Positions 39,501 to 50,067 of a stretch of 64,000 bases of DNA are shown here, piece after piece. Both the position numbers and the translations under genes were made by a program. The stretch covers positions 1 to 64,000 of the forward strand of contig JAQGDQ010000028.1 in NCBI GenBank assembly GCA_030141605.1, given 5' to 3'. How positions within the stretch are numbered: position 1 is the first letter of the stretch; the number at the start of each line of letters is the position of its first letter. The notes under the pieces were generated by a model, which was not told the origin of the DNA, did not search any database, and saw only the letters and a program-made list of their open reading frames with translations. This DNA is from Tubiluchus corallicola. Lineage: Eukaryota; Animalia; Priapulida.

Positions 39501-42500
39501 GCAAAACCATCAAAGTGACAAGCGAGCTCCTGAGAATAAGGTTAAAAAAATTGAATCGAGCCTTCGCATGTGAGCTCATAAGTCACTACTCCCAGGCAAT
39601 AGCTGCTACAGTCAAGGTACAATGAAAAATACAGACAAAACACTTAGGAGAAATTAGTGACAAGTATAAATATTAATTTAAACTTTGTACCATGTTGGAC
39701 AGCTGTTGCTCTTTCACTTTAACTTCGTGTCTGAGTTTGACCACGAGGTCCTCTAGAGCTTGTTTCTCCATGTCCCAATCTTGACTTGCCAGATCAAGTT
39801 GCTCAATTTCTCGCTGATAATCACTGACCTTTTCTGTTAGGTAGCTCACCTGCATGATTGAACAAATACTGTTTCATTTAAAACCAAAATCTTAACTGAT
39901 GTATATTTGTTACATTGCTACACTGTTACACTGATGTATATTTGTCTCTATTTCAGGTTAAAGCTGGCATTGTTATGAACATTCTCTCCATCATTGCTCT
40001 GTCTATCACGGTCAATATCTACGGATATTTTGTTTTTGGATTTGAGCAGTTTCCGGATTGGGGCATTTCGAACAATGTTACGTCTAGCTGTGCTGAGTAA
40101 AAAGATCACATACTTTTTTATGAAAAGCTATGACTCATATAATTATCACTCATACAATATGCTGTACAATATTCCAGCATAAACGTTCTTGTTCTTAACA
40201 GCGATAATGCATGAGTCTTAGAAAATGGTCCTTACGGAACGTTAAAATCTTTCATATGTAAAAAAGTTCTTATTCATAATAATGTTAAGGCAAGGCCATT
40301 AGGAAAAGTTGATCTCGGACCATTGGAAAAGGATGTGCAAGTCCTACAAAAGACAGAATTTAAACAAATAATGTTCTTGACTCAGTGATGCAGCAATTAA
40401 GTGATATAAATTAATTCAGTACATCTATATATGACAGACTGCCGTGTAAATGATTAAAATTTTAGTTGTGCTCAAGTTACATACAATACATATTTATGAG
40501 TAAAATTTAAAATGGGCAATTGTCCATGTCACCGTCGTTCATTGTATTATACGAGTGAGCCACCAAACTGCTAAGCTTATAGAAAAAGTATAGCTTATAT
40601 GGTCGTGGCCCCACCTTGTGTGAGGTGAATCAACTGCGCATTGTTGTTGGTTGTCAACTACTCTAACAGAACAGTTGCACACTGGTCGTTCATTTGCATC
40701 ATTTAATACACTTACACTGTTACACACCAAGAAAGAAGATAAAACATGGAAGTTGTTCTGAAGTATAAAATGTTGCTTGATAAAATTGTTCTAAAATGGC
40801 TCAAGTGCTAAAATGTACTAACAAACAACTACTAGTGAATTGATGACTCAAACTACTGGCATAACATTTATAAAACTGCTAGGTGCTATGATGTGCACCA
40901 CATCAAAGACATATCAGCCACAAACCACACACAACAAACAGTTACGTGCTTAGCTTTGCAACGTTTTTTAATATACAGTTAAACCTCTTTATATCGCCTA
41001 ATTTGGGACAGCAAAAAAGTTAGCAATAAAGCGAGTTTGGCATTATAATGAAGTGCACTAGTATATGTACATGTCTATGCAAATATAGACACATTTTGTT
41101 TTGCCACAAATCTGGACACTAAGCGAGGTCAGCATTATAAAGGAGGGGAGCATTACAAGGAAGTATGACTGAAGAAGGTCTAAAACCTGCATTAAAACAT
41201 TAGGAGGTGCAGAACCAGTGTTATTAAACATTAAAAAACAAGTTTTATGTAGACTGCTTTATGGAAAATTGAGAGTGAATAATTCTACAAAAAACAAAGA
41301 GAAAATAGGCCACTCAATGGCCTCAATCTGGTCTGTAAGTCCTTCATGTCAAGTAGTATAAGCGCCAGATGATCTTAAAAAATATCTAATTAAAATTAAG
41401 CAAAGCTTATCTGATTAGCAAAAGGATGGGTGACTTATGGAAAAACTATTTCTGGACAGTTTCATCTGTCATGCTGTCTCAGGGTATCCTTCATAGAGAG
41501 AGGTGTCCTAAACAGGGATAAGATGCCTCTGCTGGTGCGGTACAAAACTATTCTTGATGATGAGCTTTCCGGGTGAGGTGAATAGCTAGGTAGTTACTTT
41601 GCGTGCCTAGCGACAGAAGTTCGGCAATGCAGAACTTGGTTACTGAATAGATGAGTGACTGCCAAGTTCTATATATGCTCTGGCCAGTTTTACCTAATGG
41701 TCTGCCAGTAGGTATTGATCTTAATCAGTAAACATGTATACACATCTGAATGTTGTTCAGACACCTTTACCGACCTGTGTATCACATTAGAAAATTATCC
41801 CTGGAAATAGCCAGGCTGTGTTTCCACCACACCCATCTACATTTAAATAGGCTCTGTCACTGAGTCTTGGATCACAACTTGAAGAATGCTGAACTGAATA
41901 GAAAACAGTTCCTGTTCTGCCACAACTACCCAAAATTAAGGCTCTGCAGTTGAGTACTGGACCCTAACTTGCAGAATGCCAAAAAATATTCTCTGCAACG
42001 CTGAAAAATTACACTCGTCATTTCAAAAAATATGCCTGCTCAATTCTGTTTTGATGCTGTATACTTCTTACCTGTTCACTCAACTGCAAGTTGATTATGG
42101 ACACATCTTCTGAATTAGCTGCAACCATCTCCTCGGCAGAAAACTCGTGTCTGAAATTAAAGTGAACACATGAGTAGTGATGGATGAGACAGCCTAACTA
42201 GATTACCATAAATGACGAGGGAACACGGATGTTTACATTTGATCCGGCAAAGAACTGATCATTAATTTGTGTGTTGTGTACATGCAGCCCTTGTTAGTAT
42301 GTGCTTTAGCTAAAGAAGCATGAATGTTTGCTACTGGAATTCCCAATCTTTTACATTTTTATCGAATTATTCTTGCAAAATTGTCATGGCTTGCAAGGAT
42401 ATAACGACTAATGCATCTCAGTATTCATATGTATCTAATGTATTTTAATTTTACTGTTGACGTTTTCTCTGTGACTCCAAACTCACAAGTGTGAACTGCT

Positions 42501-44712
42501 TTTGCAAGTTACTGTTGACAAGAAATGGCAAACTGCGAGTTGATTTACTGTCTAGTGTGAATGCCTCAGCGAGTTACTCTTGACACTTTTTGCAGATGAC
42601 ACTTCAGCTCGCACTTGCTGTCAGAGTGTAACTCACAGGAAGTTTTACTCTCTAGTCTGAACATGCTTGAGAGTTACTTGGCAAAAAACTCACTAGTCTG
42701 AGTGCAAGAAAAAATGAAGATTTAATAAAATGAAGGAGCATTCATCAACACTGAAGTTTATTATTTATTTATTTATTATTTCATTTATTTTTATTTTGTA
42801 TCATAGATACATCACATGATAAAAAGCAATACCAGTATTTACAATTTTATAACAAGCAATTTATCAAGCATCATCAATCATGTCTTGATGCCCTCAAGAC
42901 CCACTTTTTAAATCCCCATGGTGTTTAAGTACATGTACTTCGAGTTTCCATGTCAATGGCGTCAAGATAAGCTAAGTAATAATTATAAATTAATAGTGAT
43001 GTGTACTAATCGTGTCACTTACTCACTGAAACGTATTTTTTATTAAGAGCAGCAGTAAGTTTGACTGGGAGTAGATATGGTAAAGCAGTAAGTAAAACAT
43101 TCAAAAACAGATAATAACAGAAAATTTCATCAAACAATAAACAATAAACCCAGTGTGGAACATACAATGTTCTTATAGCAATAATATTACCATAGTGACA
43201 CATCGTTTGAAAGCATTAGAATGTTTCAAAAAAATTCGATTTTCTTGCCTTAAATCATCCTGTGTGCTCAGATAAAATACAATTCATATACACAAGAGCA
43301 ACATGTTATGTGCACGACTAATAAAATACAGAAATTTCTATATAGTATTACAAATTTTACTTTTTCTGATTCATAAACAGGAAGCAAACAAGAGGTACAC
43401 ATATTCAATAGAAAAACTGCCTTGCATAAAGTTTGAAGATCGTGATAAACCACCAGAAGCAATCAAAAACGAAATCTCTGTGAAACAGCACAAGCTGAAC
43501 TTTGTGAAAGATGAAGAAGAGAGGCTTAAACTAAAGGAACGCATAAGTGAACTGGAGATATTGCTGACACCACTTAAAGACAAGTTATTATACTGTGATT
43601 ATGTGGAAGCAGAAAAGCCTCCCACATACGGCCAGGAAAAATGCGAGTACATGATTAAATGTGAAAAAGAATGTGCAAATATTTTCATTGAGGAGAAAGT
43701 ATACAGACCGAATGGCAAAGTAGAAAATCTTGCTACATCACTTGATGACAAATGGTGGAAACATGACACTCACAAACTCAAGTTCAGCTATAGCAGTGCA
43801 CCACTAGATGAACCAGTTAACGTACATGTGCAGTTTAAAAAGGAAACATTTGTTTCCCAAATTGTCTTCCAACACATTTGCCAGTATACGAACACAGACT
43901 ACACAGCTCAGATTAAAGTGAAATTTTTGAAAGACAGCCATCCAATGACCACACAACTCTACGTTACAGATGGAGAGGGTAAAGGTCAAAATGAAATTGT
44001 TATTCGGAATGAATCAACAATAGTGGGTCTCGTCCCTCCAGCAAAACTGAAGGAATTCCAAATTTTTCCTTGTGTCATGCACTTTGGTCGTTGTCTCGTA
44101 CCACAAGCTGTATGTTTCAATATATATGTATGTGGAGAAGACTGACTGTTTAATTCCAGTTTCGCTTTACTTTACAAACGATAAAGAAATGAGTGAGCAC
44201 TGACACAAAGAAAATCTGAAATTATCAAATTGAAAATTTTTTTTGTCATATGTAACATTTTTATTTACCAGTTTGTCTAGTCATTCAAAAAAAATAGAAA
44301 CTTTTGTCAATTCGCTGGATCTACGCTTTTATAGTTGATTGATTGCAAAAGTTTGGCTAATCTTTGCAGTTCTAATTAATAAAACAAACTTGGTAGCCAG
44401 AAGCTCTTAATTTAGAAGCCTCTCATCTGTGAACAACGGAACTAATCTCGACTTTTATAATTGAAAGTAGCTCTCCACATGCCAAAAATACGTTTTTCTT
44501 TACTAATAAATGTTCATTGAAGAAAATAATTGTAAAGTATCAAAAGTGCAAACAATTATAGTGCTTAAACATTTTAAATATCATTACCTATTAGCCTTCA
44601 TGGCAGTTCCCATGCAATTCAATTCTCGAATTTCTTTCAAGGTTTTTGCCTCACGTATGCGTCGCTCTATCAATTGCTGCTGTGACCATAATTGCCTCAT
44701 TTCATCCTCTTT
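18218..44712 (-). CDS. TRIP11: TRIP11/GMAP-210 golgin orthologue, spliced CDS of 16 identified exons (5' end incomplete or alternative)
   Basis: Exons with AG/GT boundaries and matching phases: 44588-44712, 42072-42150, 39691-39849, 38119-38405, 35085-37812, 34081-34212, 32949-33146, 29612-29683, 28707-28828, 27276-27439, 26953-27056, 26638-26737, 24049-24130, 22568-22682, 21119-21244, 18218-18538. The translation is coiled coil and contains TRIP11-like motifs: [66 protein letters not shown] (GRAB), [14 protein letters not shown] and [16 protein letters not shown]. Confidence 0.93.
18821..20067. mobile_element. Old hAT-like MITE with nested insertions
   Basis: Degenerate TIRs tactggtgggata / tattccatcactg, TSD-like tttaaaac / ttaaaaac, and aactagtt(a/g)cagt motifs near both ends. 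Confidence 0.45.
19494..19809. mobile_element. MITE with 22-bp perfect terminal inverted repeat
   Basis: cacatataataatatcaagttt ... aaacttgatattattatatgtg. Confidence 0.75.
21119..21244 (-). CDS. TRIP11: TRIP11 penultimate exon
   Basis: ttatag|GTA...AAG|gtaccg, 126 nt, phase 0/0. Encodes [42 protein letters not shown]. Confidence 0.85.
22492..22990. repeat. Recent tandem duplication around the GRAB exon, second copy with an internal deletion of about 100 bp
   Basis: gcaataagcatgcttca occurs at about 22492, 22786 and 22975. The acceptor region 22658-22802 is repeated almost identically at 22846-22990. Confidence 0.92.
22568..22682 (-). CDS. TRIP11: TRIP11 GRAB (GRIP-related Arf-binding) domain exon
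   Basis: ttgcag|G ATT...AAG|gtaagg, 115 nt, phase 2/0. Encodes [38 protein letters not shown]. Confidence 0.93.
24049..24130 (-). CDS. TRIP11: TRIP11 exon (end of coiled coil, start of GRAB)
   Basis: gtttag|TA...AA|gtgagt, 82 nt. Encodes [27 protein letters not shown]. Confidence 0.9.
24969..25081. repeat. (GA)n microsatellite
   Basis: Imperfect GA run. Confidence 0.95.
25750..25990. repeat. 45-bp degenerate minisatellite
   Basis: Unit gcagatgaagctacagttactgatactaaaaacattccaatcgat, four clear copies plus degenerate upstream copies. Confidence 0.85.
26638..26737 (-). CDS. TRIP11: TRIP11 exon
   Basis: atgcag|AAT...G|gtatgt, 100 nt. Encodes [33 protein letters not shown]. Confidence 0.9.
26953..27056 (-). 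CDS. TRIP11: TRIP11 exon
   Basis: ccccag|AA...CAG|gtatga, 104 nt. Encodes [34 protein letters not shown]. Confidence 0.88.
27276..27439 (-). CDS. TRIP11: TRIP11 exon
   Basis: ttttag|C TTG...G|gtgcat, 164 nt. Encodes [14 protein letters not shown]...[21 protein letters not shown]. Confidence 0.92.
28707..28828 (-). CDS. TRIP11: TRIP11 exon
   Basis: caacag|GTA...AG|gtacag, 122 nt. Encodes [40 protein letters not shown]. Confidence 0.92.
29612..29683 (-). CDS. TRIP11: TRIP11 exon
   Basis: aaacag|GTC...CAG|gtaggg, 72 nt. Encodes [24 protein letters not shown]. Confidence 0.92.
30895..32225. mobile_element. Internally deleted PIF/Harbinger transposon with transposase and MADF/Myb-SANT remnants
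   Basis: About 30-bp TIRs ggctgcgtttcactgcgtccgcacagacac / gtgtctgtgcggacacagtggaaacgcggcc with TAA TSD. Plus-strand remnant RKRQHCFWV...CISPEQ/AVTLR. Minus-strand MADF-like [23 protein letters not shown]. Confidence 0.88.
32949..33146 (-). CDS. TRIP11: TRIP11 exon
   Basis: ttgcag|GCC...CAG|gtagac, 198 nt. Encodes [14 protein letters not shown]...[25 protein letters not shown] second in-frame AG lies 9 nt downstream. Confidence 0.9.
34081..34212 (-). CDS. TRIP11: TRIP11 exon
   Basis: ttgcag|GTG...AAA|gtaagt, 132 nt. Encodes VDGIRREI...[20 protein letters not shown]. Confidence 0.9.
35085..37812 (-). CDS. TRIP11: TRIP11 giant central coiled-coil exon (2728 nt)
   Basis: Lies within the 938-aa ORF 35025-37841. 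Acceptor ttttgcag|G CAA, donor GAG|gtagta. Heptad-rich sequence with conserved TRIP11 blocks. Confidence 0.95.
38119..38405 (-). CDS. TRIP11: TRIP11 exon
   Basis: ttttag|GCT...AG|gtaatg, 287 nt, coiled coil, phase 0/2. Confidence 0.9.
39038..39404. mobile_element. Young hAT-type MITE
   Basis: TIRs CAGGGCCTATTTC / GAAATAGGTCCTG with a perfect 8-bp TSD catgtaat. GC-rich ends. Confidence 0.92.
39691..39849 (-). CDS. TRIP11: TRIP11 exon
   Basis: atgcag|GTG...ATG|gtacaa, 159 nt. Encodes [19 protein letters not shown]...QQLSNM. Confidence 0.88.
39957..40100 (+). pseudogene. Isolated last coding exon of an SLC13 (Na+/dicarboxylate-sulfate cotransporter) family gene
   Basis: ctatttcag|GTT. Encodes [47 protein letters not shown], matching the SLC13 C-terminal pattern (DM)VKxGxxMN...FPDW with a terminal N-glycosylation sequon (NVT). 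No other SLC13 exon was recognised in the window, so pseudogene status is inferred. Confidence 0.7.
40976..41171. mobile_element. Degenerate Tc1/mariner-pogo-type MITE
   Basis: Begins TA|cagttaaacctctttata and ends tacaaggaagtatgactg, with internal gcattataa repeats. Confidence 0.5.
42072..42150 (-). CDS. TRIP11: TRIP11 exon
   Basis: tttcag|A CAC...CAG|gtaaga, 79 nt, phase 2/0, compatible with both neighbours. Confidence 0.8.
43381..44145 (+). CDS. Nested antisense gene: large terminal exon, uncharacterised protein with short coiled coil and divergent discoidin/F5-8 type C-like domain
   Basis: 254 open codons after acceptor tttttctgattcataaacag|GAA. Motifs [17 protein letters not shown] and [13 protein letters not shown]...CFNIYVC echo the FA58C pattern. 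AATAAA at 44378-44383. Possible upstream ATG|gt at 43077-43081. Confidence 0.7.
   Translation, partial: EANKRYTYSIEKLPCIKFEDRDKPPEAIKNEISVKQHKLNFVKDEEERLKLKERISELEILLTPLKDKLLYCDYVEAEKPPTYGQEKCEYMIKCEKECANIFIEEKVYRPNGKVENLATSLDDKWWKHDTHKLKFSYSSAPLDEPVNVHVQFKKETFVSQIVFQHICQYTNTDYTAQIKVKFLKDSHPMTTQLYVTDGEGKGQNEIVIRNESTIVGLVPPAKLKEFQIFPCVMHFGRCLVPQAVCFNIYVCGED
44588..44712 (-). CDS. TRIP11: TRIP11 exon (most 5' confidently placed)
   Basis: tttcag|AAA...AG|gtaatg, 125 nt. Encodes [41 protein letters not shown]. Confidence 0.75.
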
Positions 44713-46596
44713 CTGAAACAACAGACGTATTAACTGAAGACAAGTTCAGTAAATCATGCTATTAAACTTTAATGTTTTAATGCGATACACAGTGTCACCT
44801 CATCAGATACAAATAAAACAATTTTATAACTTTGATTTTAACAGTTGTGTGTTTTAATAGTCATATGTCCTGCCATAACCATGTGACTAATTTGTTTTAT
44901 ATTTATTAGTAGCAACTTCCAGTATCAATGCGTACTGAATATGCATATATTACAAATTATGTACACTAAAAAGCATGTAAATAAATGAAATTGTGAGATA
45001 ATTTCAATTTCAAGCACATTACTGGCTTTTTTAAACAATTCTGCTTGTGGTGGTGAGATTGAAACCCAATTACATTCTTCCTTAGCGAGGCGGTAGTATG
45101 GCAAACACAATTGCAAAGGAGCAGTTTCCTTGGTGGTCACCCATTCTTTTGCTAACCAAACCAAGTGACTGTAAAGGATGACTTTGACTCATCAAATAAT
45201 AGTAAGTTTATTGACAAAGACAAGTGACAAACAATACAATGTAATAAAATACAACAAAATATACAAAGAAGATAAACCTTTATGATTGGTTTAGCATCAT
45301 CATACAATAATATTTTATATAAGAATGACATCAAATGGCATTAGTTATAGGTGCGGTGTAGTAGCATACAGCCTGGATAGGGTGTGTGGCCTTAAGGAGT
45401 CTGTGTTGTTTTGAATGCTTGTAAAGTGATGCAATCAATAATGACTGACACATTTGTCATTTGATGATATCACCTATTTCTTGTATATTTTTGTGCGGTA
45501 CATTGATTCAAGATTATTTTCGTACCCTACTCTAGACCATTCTGCCATTTTTATGAGCTGCTGTCTACAAGGTGAAAACGTCATCAATGTCTTAAAAGCA
45601 TCAAACACCTGACGCACTGGCCAGTGGTAAGTTGGACTACGTTATCACTTGCACATCATCTGATCCTGTACACTAAATTGGATCAGAATGGTCAAGGACT
45701 TTTACTCAGCGTGTGCTTCCTAACTTTTATCTAATTTTTCACAGGAAAGGACGATAGGCTTTTTCATAATGAACAAATGATAACAGAAGACAACTAATCA
45801 TTTGATGTCATCGGCTGAACAGAGGTATTGGGCTAGTACAGGACTTAGTGTGAAGCGCTGACCATAGTTACCCACCGATTTTGCAAGCTACCCATATCTC
45901 TTTTCCTTATTCTTGGGTAAAGTTTGAACCAACGAAGAAACATCAAAACAAACTAACTGAAACCTGCCCTCAGTAAATGGGCAAATTTATGAGTTCGTTC
46001 GCCAGCAGTATAGAAACTAATTACACTGCGTAACCATTCGTCTAATTAACAAATTAATTACGAGAACGTGCTTTCATCTCACAAAGTCCGGAAAGCGTAT
46101 CACCTGATGACGACAGGTGATTAGTTTCACCTGGCACTTTGCCAAGGGTAATCACGTGACACGAACAATAAAGACTGACACTGTGACACACATGAGCAAA
46201 GAAAGTAAAGAGGATAAGGAGTGAGCGCTGCTGTAAGTTTTCCAGGGATAATTAAGCGGTTCTCGTCAATCAAGGTCCAATTCATTAGAAGCCCTACTAT
46301 CCACGTAAAAGATAAACCTGCTTTCTATTTAAAGCTGCGACATATCTATGCAATTATTAATAACACACATGCCCGTGTGGATGATTTGGTGCGCAGAACA
46401 TGACAAAGGGAGTTTAATAGAAGGTACATAAATGAATTGGTGAGATCGTACGAAAAAACTAAATAGCCCGTTTATTTTCTTAGAAGAAGTAATTAATTCA
46501 GTTGTTCGTTTTGGCGTTTTCACAGTTTGTTTCATTAACACCAACATTAACTTCGGTTAGAGTGGTGTGCTTCAGTTATTAAACTCTTAAACTTTC

Positions 46597-46909
46597 TAGA
46601 TTGACCAATATCCTGCATGGCCACAGAATTGTCCTTATGGACCTTTTTATATTCTGGGGTAAAGATATTGCTTATCAGTTAAAACAAACAGACATGAACG
46701 ACCTGAAACAAAGGATCACCAATTCCACTGCCATCAAGAACGAGAAGAAGAGCGAACTCAGTTGGCATTTGGGTACTGTCTGGATGAAGGACAAGGTCTT
46801 GAATATGTTATCCAAGCAAGACAGTGAAAAACGCATGGCACACTATAAAATTATTCTCTCAGTATATCTATCAGTAGTAAGTTTTCAAGCATTTGAGCAG
46901 ACTTTGTAA
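46597..46909 (+). mobile_element. Tc1/mariner (maT/DD37D-like) transposase C-terminal remnant and right end
   Basis: Degenerate WP...MDLFIFWG-KDIAYQLKQTDMNDLKQRITN matches the WPPRSPDLTPxDFFLWGxLKxxVY pattern. Ends ...cagactttg|TA. Confidence 0.7.
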
Positions 46910-47658
46910 TATGCAAGAACTAGGAATAAGGAAAGCTTGATTTGCTTCGAAGATGCACATTGAATTACAGTTAGCCTAGAAATGCAATTCATGGACGAGG
47001 ATTAAATGCGACAGGATTGAGCTTAGTAATATCCTAGTTAAACAATTAACTAACAGCCACAGAACAGCTGTAAAGCGTTTTTAACTATTCAGACCAGAAC
47101 GTGAATATAGAGATGAAATGTTTACGCATTTAGTACTTTGGTTATGAAACAAAAGAACACAAATACCTAGCAATTCTTGTGAAATAAAATATAGCATTTT
47201 TCTTGTTTTGTGTCTTTTTTGCGTTTGTCTTTTTTTCTTTATCTAATCTGTTCACTGTGCATGTAGGTGAGTGTGTTCGAATGACAGCTCAGCTTCAGTT
47301 AATTTATGTAAGCTGCAGCAAACCTTGAACAACTCGTTTAATATTCACCACATGTTGCCTTTTAATGAGGCTAATTTCAGAGCTTGTTAAACGGAAATCA
47401 CCAAAGGATTATGTAGTTATTACACTGCTCAAATTACAACAATAATTATTATCGTAAACAAGAACAAATTTCTCAAAAGAAAAAACATGAAAGCATTTAT
47501 ATTTTACGCCTACTGGCTTGTCAAAGCGACGAAGAACGGTACCATCAAATATTAATAAAATCTCCCTGTTTAAGCATAAAATTTCCTTGTTTCCATCGTC
47601 GATGATCGAAGTTTAGTAAAAAGTTTACTTAAAACCAGAAGCTTCTTGAATACCTCAC

Positions 47659-47770
47659 TGTGCTTCTTGGCAGTCTATAGGGAGTGGGAGTCATCTTTGT
47701 AGTTCCTTGTTATTCAGCGTAATGAATCTTTATATAGTCAAACCATAAGTCAAGTTACACAAGGCTTGTC
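47659..47770 (-). CDS. Candidate ATG-containing exon for TRIP11 (MTPTPYRLPRST; ATG at 47694)
   Basis: Acceptor ttttacag, an in-frame upstream TAA, start context ACAAAG ATG, and donor ACA|gtgagg in phase 0 matching the 44712 acceptor. Confidence 0.45.
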
Positions 47771-50067
47771 CTGTAAAACACTGGTTAAGGATATTGCAAA
47801 TTTTCTTGATCACGTTAGACATTTCCTATCAGAAGTGAACGGTGCAGCCGGGTAGAGTGCTATTGAGACCTGTGGGCTGCGCATCCCTTCAAATATAATA
47901 TGCACTTCCGCCCTTCAACTCCCTGCAACACGCCGCCGCACCTATCATGCCGGCACCATACAAGTGTGGTACATAATAATTTCGTCTAGGACATATTCCA
48001 GGGATAACAACTTAAGTAACTCAATACTTATTTCGTAGGTGGTCTGATTATTATTACCCGCATGTTACTGCTATGAACCAACGTACTTGGTCAAACTGTG
48101 GACGTTCTCTTTGAACCGAGTGAGGTGATAGTTTTCAGAGAAAGAATTTCCTGGTACAGAATTCCATAAATAAGCTGGAAGGAAAAACTGGATGTATTGT
48201 CCAGGGTCAAAGCAAAAGAAAAACGAGTACTATGTGCAAAAAACTCCAGTGTTTGAGAATTAGTGACGGGAAATCCCAAGAGTATCTTCCATCTATGTTT
48301 CATATATAAGATAGCTATTCTTGCTACTGACCTAGCTTCCAATCACATCCATCATCATTACTCCCCGACTTGAATGTACCAAACAATATATAATCGGGCG
48401 CCTTGGGATTCATAATAGATATTGTGAAAGCTTATTAGAGATAAAATTGCGCTGATGTAATAGAATGAACAATCGGAATTATGACTAATGAGCAGCCGAT
48501 GTGTACTGCAATTTCCAGACGCATTTAACAACGCAAGCACGCCTAGAACAACAGTGAAAGTAGCCCTTCATGTGAAAAGTAAAATTCAACGCACGATTTA
48601 TGCTTTTGAACAGTATGCTGAGAAATAAACATACGAAAAATATAAAAACCTCATTTGGGACAGTGGCATATGTGCAGTCCAGTACCACTCAACAAAATGG
48701 TTCAACCTAAGTATGTCTACAGACTGAGTAGTATTCTCAAATATGTCGCTCAGTGGGGATCACTGGGGGACGTTTGAAAGCCTGTGTAGGAAAGAGATTG
48801 AAGGTCACTTTTGCAAAAAGTGGCCTCCTACGACTAACATTAAAGTACAACATTAGTCACATGGGGTGACTTTTAGTATTGCTTTTTGTGTTTTAGAGCA
48901 AACCCCAAACGTTGAATAAATACTAAGAACTCATGGTTATCCATTGAGAATTCTCTCCTAGTAACAACTACTTCCGTTAATTGCCTTCTTAAGTAATAGA
49001 TAGTTCTTTGAAGGTGGCCATTTTTCCCGAAAATGGTCTGAGGTTTGATTCCCTAGTTAATTAATCGAAAAAGCACATGCACATTTTACGTTTGATACCG
49101 TCTTTTTGAAGTAAATGAGAGTAAAACGAAACTACGGACTGCACGTTTATGTAAAATCAAATAGCATGATTGGCTGCAACATGCCAAAGAAATAAACCTG
49201 CAAGTGGTTTCAAATATCTCTGGCAATTCCACTATTAAAATAGAAATTAATGAAGGTGTTATATTATGTTATCTCGAAGTGACTGAAACAGTTCTTTCCA
49301 CTTGAGCAGGTGTGTCATATTTCATCTGCTTTTGCACACACTAGCTGCGCTCACTTTGAAGACGGATAACGTCAGGATCTGCTGATGCAGATATAAATCA
49401 TATACAGGATGTAGATGGTTGTGGCAGGACCAGAATGTAGCTAATTATTAAAACTCATCATCTGAAATGATGCACGAACCAACAGAAACGCCTTACATGT
49501 TTAGACTTGCTCTTTTATTGCGAGACAAGCCCAAAGCAGTAAAGCAGCAGCTAAGCACAGACAACTCGGTTATTTCCTTAGAAGCAATAAGCTAGACAAA
49601 ACTGCCGAGAAATAGTTTCCCTGACAGACACCTAACTTACTAACCACATCCGAAGTTTCTTAACTATACAGCCAAGCACAGACAATGCAGTTACTCAAAG
49701 TACATATCAAGTAGCATCTGATTAGTTGGGTTCTCCGACAATGTAGTTCTACTTCTTACTGAAAGGTTCTCCTTCTCGTTGACCAAAATGTAACGAAAAC
49801 AGTGTCTGCTTAGGCTAACAGTTCCTGAATGGACGAGCGTTTCCGCCCAAGGATCAAAGATCTTCGATTGGTAAAGAGAAAAAAATTATATGGTTCCTAG
49901 ATCGAACACAAGATATAAAATCCTAAAGCATAATTCTTAAGCTTAACTGAGTTTCATGAACTGTGTGAAGGACACAATACGTCAACACCTGGGTCTGCTG
50001 CAAATCAAGCGATACCAGAGCATTGTCGACTTCACTTAAGATAAACCGATTAAACAGTTGAAAATAG

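Noticed and set aside
42470-42705. Patch with recurring tagt(c/g)tgaa and gagttact motifs
   Set aside because: Probably a decayed MITE, but no clear TIR pair or TSD could be delimited.
43303-43380. Hydrophobic N-terminus of the 280-aa ORF read as a signal peptide
   Set aside because: It coincides with an AT-rich polypyrimidine tract ending in cag, so it is more likely intron than coding, although use of ATG 43303 is not excluded.
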